From Octopus sinensis (Eukaryota): DNA of 64,000 nucleotides. The notes beneath the pieces were generated by a model. The model ran no database searches, was not told where the DNA came from, and was given only the letters and a program-made list of their open reading frames with translations. The stretch is from assembly GCF_006345805.1 (NCBI RefSeq), contig NC_043000.1, forward strand, positions 73,532,001-73,596,000. Reading direction: 5' to 3'. The position numbers were made by a program, and so were the translations under genes. Of the stretch, positions 50,566 through 61,659 are shown piece by piece; within the stretch, counting starts at the first letter, position 1, and each line of letters opens with the position of its first letter.

Positions 50566-52249
50566 GTAATTTCTTTATTACCCACCAGGGGCTACGAAGA
50601 ATGGCGGACATAACAAAACATGGGAGACATAGAACAATATGATTAAATTTATGAGCAAATGAATATTAAAATGAAATATGATAATATGAAAGCGATGCTA
50701 ACGGCCCTCTCCGCCAGCATCACTTACCTGTCCGTTTGTTTTCACTGTCACATGATTGTTCATTCCCAATACGAAGACCATCCATATCTATTCTTACTCC
50801 GAAACCCTCCTCCATTTTTTCCACGAATTCATCGCTCATTCTTGTATCTTTCACCTCCCAATCTCCCCTTTCACACCTCAACACAAACTCATCTATATTC
50901 TTCTTTTCCAGCACTGCATATCTGGTCCCATCCATTTCATACCAATCATACTCCTCCATTACCCTTTTAACTTCTTTCTGTTTAGTCATAATATAAATGT
51001 TCGGCCTGGGTTCGTTTTCAAACTCTTGTCTGTCTGTATTTTTCTTTTGTTTTCTTGTTGGAGGGGAGCGGGTGGGTTCACTGTCTGCAGGGGAAGGGTG
51101 GGATTCAGAGGGTGCGGGTGGTGTTGGGGTGGGTTGGGGCTTCGCACAGTTTTTCTTTTTCTTTCTTTTTCTCTTTTTTCTGCCTTCTTCCCACTCTTGT
51201 TGCATCTCCTCTTCTGTCGTTTCCTTTTCTGTTTGTTTCTCTTTAGTTTCTTCCTCTTTTGGGGCTTCCGCAACGATTTCCTTTTCTTTTTCCTTTGGTG
51301 GGGGAGGGCAGTAGGCTCTTATGTGACCCCTCTGGCCACACTTGTAGCACCTGGGCGCCCTACCCTCCACCCACACTCTCATAATAACATTTCCAGTTCT
51401 TATACTGTCCGTAAGCTTTTCTATAACTTCCGCCTCCGTCTGTATGTTCATTACTAGTGTGGCACCTCTCACGCCTTCATATTTCATAATGGCGTGGAGG
51501 ATGTCCACTTTATCTTCATTTCCTTTGATAACCGCAGCCGTTATTAATTCGCCCTCTAGGTGTGGAGGTATTCCCACCACCCTAATTCTGGTGGTCCTTC
51601 TATTCAAATACGAGGGGAACAAGTAAATCTTTTCTGTACTCACCACCTTGGCTGCTATATCCTGGCTGCTTTCTCACTTTTAAATTGTACCGTTATGGTT
51701 CCATATTCTAATCCTTTTGTCATGTACACAATTTCTTCTGTCTGTTTGAAAGCCTCTTCAATTGCTTCCATGTTAATCACTTCCATTTTTCTACCTCCAT
51801 TCATAAATACTTTATATTTAATGGTTCTACGAAGGAACCAGTCTCCGCGCCCTGCTGGAGGCAACAGCTCTACCTCTCCGTTCTCCTCCTCCTTCATGAA
51901 CTCCTGAAGCCCGTCAACTTAGCCAGGTCTATCTCTTTTTCTGTTGACTCCTTCGTTATACCTGCGTAGGTGCTTTCCATTTTTTCACCGCCAACTCCTC
52001 CTCAGATGTCGACGAATTTTCAGAGAATTTCTCCCTTCCATCTCATCATTTGGCAGCGGCGGCTCATAGTCGCCTCAAACAGAAAAACAGCCTCCGAACA
52101 GAAAACGTGCGACGCACAGAACCAGTGCGACGCGAAACCGCACCAACCGACGTTCCAATTCCGCAACAACCACAATTCACTTTTTGTTCTTTTTTCCTTT
52201 TCAACCGCAACCGAATTTTACAGAGCGCAAAAAACACCGCCGTTCAATC
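50566..52249 (-). mobile_element. ORF1-only unit U4
   Basis: ORF 50720-51646 (308 aa) intact to RTGK*; 5' part has single-base frameshifts. Confidence 0.85.
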
Positions 52250-52267
52250 TCCTCTTTTCTCTACATT

Positions 52268-53504
52268 GTAATTCTTTATTACCCACCAGGGGCTACGAAG
52301 AATGGCGGACATAACAAAACATGGGAGACATAGAACAATATGATTAAATTTATGAGCAAATGAATATTAAAATGAAATATGATAATATGAAAGCGATGCT
52401 AACGGCCCTCTCCGCCAGCATCACTTACCTGTCCGTTTGTTTTCACTGTCACCTGATTGTTCATTCCCAATACGAAGACCATCCATATCTATTCTTACTC
52501 CGAAACCCTCCTCCATTTTTTCCACGAATTCATCGCTCATTCTTGTATCTTTCACCTCCCAATTCTCCCTTTCACACCTCAACACAAACTCATCTATATT
52601 CTTCTTTTCCAGCACTGCATATCTGGTCCCATCCATTTCATACCAATCATACTCCTCCATTACCCTTTTAACTTCTTTCTGTTTAGTCATAATATAAATG
52701 TTCGGCCTGGGTTCGTTTTCAAACTCTTGTCTGTCTGTATTTTTCTTTTGTTTTCTTGTTGGAGGGGAGCGGGTGGGTTCACTGTCTGCAGGGGAAGGGT
52801 GGGATTCAGAGGGTGCGGGTGGTGTTGGGGTGGGTTGGGGCTTCGCACAGTTTTTCTTTTTCTTTCTTTTTCTCTTTTTTCTTCCTTCTTCCCACTCTTG
52901 TTGCATCTCCTTCTTCTGTCGTTTCTTTTTCTGTTTGGTTCTCTTTAGTTTCTTCCTCTTTTGGGGCTTCCGCGACGATTTCCTTTTCTTTTTCCTTTGG
53001 TGGGGGAGGGCAGTAGGCTCTTATGTGACCCCTCAGGCCACACTTGTAGCACCTGGGCGCTCTACCCTCCACCCACACTCTCATAATAATATTTCCAGTT
53101 TTTATACTGTCCGTAAGCTTTTCTATAACTTCCGCCTCCGTCTGTATGTTCATTTCTAGTGTGGCACCTCTCACGCCTTCATATTTCATAATGGCGTGGA
53201 GGATGTCCACTTTATCTTCATTTCCTTTGATAACCGCAGCCGTTATTAATTCGCCCTCTAGGTGTGGAGGTATTCCCACCACCCTAATTCTGGTGGTCCT
53301 TCTATTCAAATACGAGGGGAACAAGTAAATCTTTTCTGTACTCACCACCTTGGCTGCTATATTCCTGGCTGCTTTCTCACTTTTAAATTGTACCGTTATG
53401 GTTCCATATTCTAATCCTTTTGTCATGTACACAATTTCTTCTCCTGTCTGTTTGAGAGCCTCTTCAATTGCTTCCATGTTAATCACTTCCATTTTTCTAC
53501 CTCC

Positions 53505-53505
<1 letters not shown>
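52268..53505 (-). mobile_element. ORF1-only unit U5, 5'-truncated at (TA)n
   Basis: ORFs 52806-53612 and 52421-52906; same 3' end as U4. Confidence 0.85.
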
Positions 53506-54651
<1,146 letters not shown>

Positions 54652-54679
54652 ATATATATATATATATGTATATATATCT

Positions 54680-54725
<46 letters not shown>

Positions 54726-54792
54726 TATGTATATATATATATATACATAATATATAAATATATGCATAAATGCATACATATATGTACATACC

Positions 54793-56694
54793 TGTGGGAT
54801 GACGTCAGCAGCTGGGGAGCTGACCGGAACTTGGGGCTGACCGGAAGAGGAAGGGGCAGGAGTGACGCGCTCGCAGGCAGGGCAGGATTGGGTCTTTTTC
54901 GATCGAGGTAACCAAGGGAGTGAGTCGCGTGAGCACGTTGCTATGGTAGGGGAGAAGCAGCTGCTATTTCTAGTGTTCGGGTCGGGCTGCGTTGAAGGGT
55001 CCATTACCGTTGTAAGGTCTCCGTCGAGTGAAGAGAAGGTAGGTGTCCTTACTTCAAATCTCCCGCATACCCCACAAGCTATTTCGGCGCTTCATATAAG
55101 ACGTCACCACGGTGGCAGTGAAAATCAGGATTGCCAGCGCCATTATCAAACCCTTTAATGGTGAGGGCGATGTAGTGGCCTGGATTCGTAAAATCAGGCT
55201 GATGGCAAGACTGCAAGGCATAAGCGACGTGGCAAGTCTTATGGTGCTGTATTTGGAAGGGAGCGCGTTGATGCTATATTTTGAGATGGACGAGGAAGAA
55301 CGTCTGAGTGAGGAGAAGATAGAGAAACGCCTGAGAGATACTTACACCGAGTTTTTGCTAAGCTGGGTACGATTAGATGGACGGGAGGACAGGTGGACGA
55401 ATACGCGGCAGAAGTGCGAAGGTTAGCCACGCTGGTTGGGTTTACAGGAGAAGGGCTGGAGAGAGCAGCGCGTCTGGCGTTCGTAAATAGTTCCCCGATG
55501 AGGTAGGGATTCGCCTGCAACAACTGCCCGGGAGTAAAAAGATGGCGCTGAGTGAACTTGTGACTCAAGCCCGCGTGTTGACGCGACACACTGGGCAGAA
55601 GGCGATAGCGATGGCGGTTACGGAGGTGCGTAAAGACGGACAACGACCGGAGAAAGACGTGCAGAAGCCTACCGTGCAACGACAGCGGCCGTTCTCAGGT
55701 CGGTGTTTTAGATGTCAGGGGTCGTAAATGGCGAGGGAGTGCACGCAACTGGGGCCCGTTTGCTATCGATGCAAGCAGACAGGGAAACGACCGTGGGGAA
55801 GTTGCTGCCTCTCGAACTTTCTCCGCAAACGAGTAGAGGCGCTTTTGGAGACGCTGCCCGTAATTGATGTGGAGGCCGAGGGGAAGACGTTCAATGCCCT
55901 CGTGAATACGAGTTGCACGACGACCCTCGTGACTTCAAGGGTGACGAAGAAATGGAATGGGGCAAGTAGCGTCCGGGCGGTCGACGGCAGCGAAATCTGT
56001 TGCAAAGGCAGCAGCAAGGTAGAGATAGTGGTTCGAGGCGCGACGCTAAGGCTGCAGGTAATTGTGGCTGAACGCGTGATAAACGGGGTTGATGTGGTGA
56101 TGGGGATGGACGCCATCAACCGCCTCGGTGGCGTCAGTATTGTGGGAGAGGAGGTCACGTTCGGAAGCGTGGGGGCGTCGTGCACTGCGAGTCAGGATCG
56201 CCAGAGAGAGCAGAGCCCCGCGAGGGACTGCGCCGCTTACACCATCGGGGACAAAGATTTTCAGGCGGCGTTCGATAGAGTGGTGATGGAAGGACGAGCT
56301 CCCGATGCTGAAAAACAGAGTGAGCTGCTACCAGCATACCCTGAAATGTCACGCCAGGGTCGAGTGGAGAGGTGGATCGAGGAAGGGGTCCTTGTCCCGT
56401 GGGAGGAGGAGGTAGTGGGCGGAGTGCTACCCCTGATGGCGGTGGTGCAGCCTACGAAGGGAAAAGTCAGACCGGTGCTGGACTTCAGGGAGCTAAACCA
56501 GCATATATCGTGTCACACGGGAGGTGAGGCGACGGACGTTTGTGGTGAGTCGCGTGAGCACGTTGTTATAGTAGGGGAGAAGCAGCTGCTATTTCTAGTG
56601 TTCGGGTCGGGCTGCGTTGAAGGGTTCATTACCGCTGAAAGGTCTCCGTCGAGCGAGGAGAAGGTAGGTGTCTTTATTTCGAATCTCTCGCATA
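54793..56694 (+). mobile_element. Internally deleted Gypsy-like LTR retrotransposon (5' LTR, gag, protease, RT start, half of the 3' LTR)
   Basis: 5' LTR 54793-55076 (tgtggg...cccaca). gag KPFNGEGDVVAW; Cys knuckles CFRC and CYRC; protease-like LVNTSC; RT KVRPVLDFRELN. 56545-56694 repeats 54920-55069. Confidence 0.85.
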
Positions 56695-57204
56695 TTTTTA
56701 ATATAATTCTGTTATATATGTGCATGCGTGTGTTATGTTGATGTTTTTATGTTTACCTGTGTGCATGCATCTTTGTGCACAAATATATATGAGTTCATAT
56801 GCATATTTATTTATATACTCTTTCATTTTATTAATCTCCTGCACATATATGCTCAATTAAAATATGCAAGACCCACTATATACTTGACATTTTCGTATTC
56901 TTGTCAGCTGCATTCAAATATGCACCTACATATCCTAATCAATAATGGTTGATAAGTAAGCCCCAACTGGTCAAGCATTACAATGGCTTTTTCCCAGTTT
57001 CTCTCCATTCTGAATCATAACAACTTATGTATCTCTCACTAATCCAATAAGAATCATCCATAGAATTTAGCTTCTTCTATTATTAAATTTATTTATTTTT
57101 TATATTTTTATTTTTCTATTCGTTTATCTGTTTAATAATTATAATGTTTTGTATTTGTATGTAGAATATCTTCAAATATTAAAAACCTACCTATCAAATA
57201 GAAT

Positions 57205-57427
57205 CTCTCTTTTACTCTTTTACTTGTTTCAGTCATTTGACTGTGGCCATGCTGGAGCACCGCCTTTAGTCGAGCAAATCGACCCCAGGACTTATTCTTT
57301 GTAAGCCTAGTACTTATTCTATCGGTCTCTTTTGCTGAACCACTAAGTTACGGGGATGTAAACACACCAGCATCGGTTGTCAAGCGATGCTGGGGGACAC
57401 ATACTGACACACAAACATATACACACG

Positions 57428-57478
<51 letters not shown>

Positions 57479-57570
57479 GTATATACATATATACGATGGG
57501 CTTCTTTCAGTTTCCGTCTACCAAATCCACTCACAAGGCTTTGGTCGGCCCGAGGCTATAGTAGAAGAAG
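57205..57570 (-). mobile_element. tRNA-SINE family copy with an internal (CA)n/(TA)n tract, head missing
   Basis: tttcagtcatttgactgtggccatgctggagcaccgcc...ccactcacaaggctttggtcggcccgaggctatagtagaag. Confidence 0.8.
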
Positions 57571-57978
57571 AAACATTTTTATATCACTACACACTTCCTT
57601 CAAAAAGATATAATGATTACCTAAATGGAGATAGTTCTTTTTGAAACCTGAAGAAGTCCAACCATAAAATAGTATAAATGTGGCAATTTTATTGACATTA
57701 AACAACATGTTCAGAAATTCTTATCTGCTTGTTGGGTTTGACAGAAACATATATGTAGGTTCTTCTTACGTTCTTTTCATAACTTTTTTGAGCTTTCAGC
57801 CTCCAATTTATTTGTAATGTTTTTTTTAAAAACCTTATCTTTATGCAAATAAATCAGTAATTACATCCATTTATTCTCCATTTCCTTCTGTATAAATATA
57901 TATATGTATATATACATACATACGTATGTATGTATGTATGTATGTATGTATGTATGTATGTATGTATGTATGTATGTA

Positions 57979-59741
57979 TGTATATATAATAATTCTGAAA
58001 TGCGAAAAGTTCGTTTGTTTGTCTGGTTTTGGCATTGAGAACGGGTTAAAGGCCACTAAATCCCGTCGGATTGACTCCAAAATTTACAGGGACATGTAAA
58101 ATGAGGTGAGGATGCCAGTGGGCTAGGTTAGAAATCCATATCTTAAAAGGTGTCGTTGCTAGGGCCAAAAACGTACTTTGACAAGTCTACTCTCATTCTT
58201 TTATGTATCTATCTTCCTCCATCACTCACTCTCTTTCCTCCCTTCCCATCACATTCTATCTATAACGTCGTCTAACAGCGTCTAACTCCCCTTCACTTTC
58301 TCTTTATAATGTCGTGTCACGGCGTTCAATATCTCCCCTCCTCCCCGCCTTCCACAGCGCTTTCACACTCTCTCTCTACGTCTGTCTGCATTCATAGAGA
58401 GAATTATCATCGCCACATCCACCACACAATCATGAGAACAAATATAATGAGTGAGATATTTATTGAGTTAATTTATATATGTGTGTGTGTGTTCTATATA
58501 TAAATATGTATATATAATGTATATATACAAAGTGTATATATCTGTATTTATGTATATTAAACTTTTTAATACTTTTTGATAGTTATATATATATTTAAAA
58601 AAATATAAATTAATAATTCTAATTTTAAATTTAAAATATTTAAATTTTTCAATTTTATATTTTATATATTTTGTATATTATATTTTTATTTTTATGTTTT
58701 GGTTTATGTTTTTCACTGTTTGATTTGCCTAATAGTGAAAAGGGGTCTAAATGGGGCTGGAAGGGGATTAAAATTTAAAGGAGCGGGTGTTTACGAATTC
58801 TCTGTTACATCAAGCTAAAAAATTTGCGCCAGCCTTTTAATCGTCAATGTGTTGCCGTCCATGATGAAGAAGTTTTGAATGCTTGCCATGGTGAGTCTAC
58901 TGTCGTGAGAAAGAATCACTTCAAAACTTGGTGTTTAGGAATTTTCTTTTACATCAAGTTCAAAATTTTACGCCAGCTGTTAAACTGCCACTACATTGCT
59001 GTCCGTCGTTAAGAAATGCCAGCCGTGGTGACGACTCTACTATCCTCAGATTCTATCCCTTCAATCTTTGGTTTCCAATATTTTATTATTTTTATTCAGC
59101 TCGCAAGTTCGAGCTAAATGTTAGTGTTTTGTTGTCTGCCTTGAAGCAGACCTTTCCGTTGTCATTGCCTGATATTTATGAGTGATCTTTGAAAATATAT
59201 TTCTTTCTCAACTTACTCAAGATCTTTTGTTGTTTATAAATGGGGGAGAGATAGATAAAGATAGAGTAAGAGAAAGCGAGAGTGAGTCCGAGAGAAAGGA
59301 AGAGTAAGAGAGTGGGATAGTGAGAGAGAAAGGAGAGAGAAACAAAGAGGGAGAATCATCATCATCATCATCATCGTTTAACGTCCGTTTATCATGCTAG
59401 CACGGGTTGGACGGTTTGACCGGGTTCTGGGAAGCCAGGAGGCTGCACCAGGCTCCAGTCTGATCTGGCAGTGCTTCTACAGTTGGATGCCTTTCAAACG
59501 CCAACCACTCCGTGAGTGTAGTGGGTGATTTATTCGTGCCACCGGCACAGGTCCCGGGGGGGGGGGGGCTGACAGCGGCCACGATCGGTTGGTGCTTTTT
59601 ACGTGCCAGCGGCACAGAAGCCAGTCAAGGCGGCGCTGCCATCGGCCACATTCGGATGGTGCTTTTTACGTGCCGAAAGGAAGCAAAAGAAAGTAACAAC
59701 CATACTCTTACCCGCGCGTAGAGCGGGTCACCTTAAGCTAG
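57979..59741 (+). mobile_element. Non-autonomous Helitron-like element (interrupted by an RTE 3' UTR)
   Basis: 5' tatatataataa..gtttgtttgtc..aacgggt..cggattgactccaaaattt pattern; 3' hairpin ACCCGC-gcgtaga-GCGGGT (59710-59728) followed by CTAG (59738-59741). Confidence 0.6.
59356..59690 (-). mobile_element. RTE LINE 3' UTR fragment
   Basis: (cat)n gtttaacgtccg.. tail and minisatellite-type units. Confidence 0.85.
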
Positions 59742-60342
59742 ATATTACTCTATTATCAATTCACATACGGTTAGGATAGGTTTTTCAAACACAAAAAATC
59801 TCTTACAAATTATCTCTTCACATAATAACAAACTGTTAAATATTAATACATTTACTAATATTAACATTAATTTAGCTAATACCATCCAACCCTCTAGAAA
59901 TATTAATAACAAGGTTATTGTATCTGAAGTCAATTCCAATAGAATTAAGTTTATGTCAAGTAACGCTAAGATTAAAAATTCTATATACCAGTGTATAATC
60001 AGTACTCGTAATAAAGTACGATCTTACATTGGAAGCACATCGTTAGAGTTATCTAAAAGAATTTCTATCCATTACTCAACATTTAGGGATAGAAATAAAC
60101 GTAATAGTACCGGTCTCAGCAAACTGATTTGGGATTTAAAAGACCACAATGAACAATTTCATTTAGAATGGTTGATTCTCTCAATTTCGATACCTTATGA
60201 CAAAGGCAAGGAATTCTGTCTTCTCTGCAATTCTGAGGTATTTTTTATTATTTTTTCTAAAAATACTCTAGTAAACACGGTTATAGAGCGAGCATACAGA
60301 TGTAAGCATTGGCAAAAACACACATTTAGTGCATATAAATAG
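59737..60342 (+). CDS. Penelope-like thumb end + GIY-YIG endonuclease, open for ~200 codons, 5'-truncated
   Basis: In frame from 59737: RYYSIINSHTVRIGFSNTKNLLQIISSHNNKLLN...SIYQC..SYIGSTS..KRISIH..STGLSKLIWDLK..W.I..CLLCNSE..CKH. Confidence 0.8.
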   Translation, partial: ARYYSIINSHTVRIGFSNTKNLLQIISSHNNKLLNINTFTNININLANTIQPSRNINNKVIVSEVNSNRIKFMSSNAKIKNSIYQCIISTRNKVRSYIGSTSLELSKRISIHYSTFRDRNKRNSTGLSKLIWDLKDHNEQFHLEWLILSISIPYDKGKEFCLLCNSEVFFIIFSKNTLVNTVIERAYRCKHWQKHTFSAYK

Positions 60343-60543
60343 TCTCTATCATTATATATAATTTAAACTTTAATTTCCTTTATATTTAACATTCACTATT
60401 GGTATCCCTACTCTTTCTGTTAGCTACTTATGACGTTATATCATATAACGTTTTTTTAAACAATATTAATAGCGTTCTGTCAATCGCTATACAAATCCAT
60501 CATTTTTTGCTAAAATGTCTTATTGACGAGTTTCGTTTTTTTC

Positions 60544-60629
60544 ACTTTCCTGAAGAGAAGATTGCATTGTTTATACCATTTATTCTTTTGAATAGCATCA
60601 GTGGAATTTTCGAAACATGTGTCGAAAGT
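60544..60629 (+). ncRNA. Type I hammerhead ribozyme downstream of the PLE ORF, sense strand
   Basis: ACTTTC-CTGAAGA-GAAGATT..AATTTTC-GAAA-CATGTG-TC-GAAAGT. Confidence 0.88.
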
Positions 60630-60671
60630 AAAAATATTTGATCTACACCTGTGTTAAACTCCATTTATTTA

Positions 60672-60725
<54 letters not shown>

Positions 60726-60889
60726 TGAGATAGGGGTTGTAAATGCAACCCTCTATGGGATAACGTATATCCAATATACTGCTAGTGAAGTACCCAACAA
60801 AGTTGATACATAAATGTTAATGATTGCGATGCAATCAATTCATTTACTGTATTATATGGGCAAAGGTAAAATGATTTACCACAAATTAC

Positions 60890-61349
60890 TAATACAAGAT
60901 AAGAAAATGGAGAAACACATCTAAATCAAATATCAATTACCAGATAATACTCAATCACATACTTTATTAAACCACCACATAAGAGACTGTAGGGTTAAAT
61001 ATAAAAAGCAGAACAAATCAGTGTACATAAAGGAATGTACATAAAAAAGTGTACATAAAAGAGTAATGTTGTATAATAATTAGAATATATATATAAAAGA
61101 ATATAAATACAAGTAAATATATGCTTATATTTATATTTACTTGTATTTATATTCTTTTTTATATATATTCTAATTATTATACAACATTACTCTTTTATGT
61201 ACATTCCTTTATGTACACTGATTTGTTCTGCTTTTTATATTTAACCCTACAGTCTCTTATGTGGTGGTTTAATAAAGTATGTGGTTGAGTATTATCTGGT
61301 AATTGATATTTGATTTAGATGTGTTTCTCCATTTTCTTATCTTATATTA
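60890..61349. repeat. Near-perfect palindrome (~230-bp arms, ~10-nt loop 61122-61131)
   Basis: The arms are reverse complements apart from a short tandem-motif indel and a few substitutions. Confidence 0.95.
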
Positions 61350-61375
61350 ATGTGCGCTTCCCATAATAACAGGAA

Positions 61376-61448
61376 TCTTACTGAAGAGCCTACCTGAGTA
61401 AATAAATATTATTTTTATTGCTGAAGTAGGCGAAACTGCAGTATAAGA
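61376..61448 (+). ncRNA. Type I hammerhead ribozyme
   Basis: TCTTA-CTGAAGA-GCCTAC..GTAGGC-GAAA-CTGCAG-TA-TAAGA. Confidence 0.9.
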
Positions 61449-61614
61449 AGAACTAAGTTTGTAAAAGTTTTTAATTTTCATCTCATTAAATTTATCCAGC
61501 TTTTGTGTATCTAGCACACACTTCGCCTTTTAGTGTACTTATATATGAATAATATATGGCGTGTGCGAGAACACCGGCGATAATAATTAATTTTATTGTA
61601 TCGCATTTGACTTT

Positions 61615-61653
<39 letters not shown>

Positions 61654-61659
61654 CATACA

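Noticed and set aside
51640-52120. Frameshifts in unit U4 as programmed recoding
   Set aside because: They are scattered single-base losses relative to the near-identical U3, in short homopolymers; more likely sequencing error or decay.
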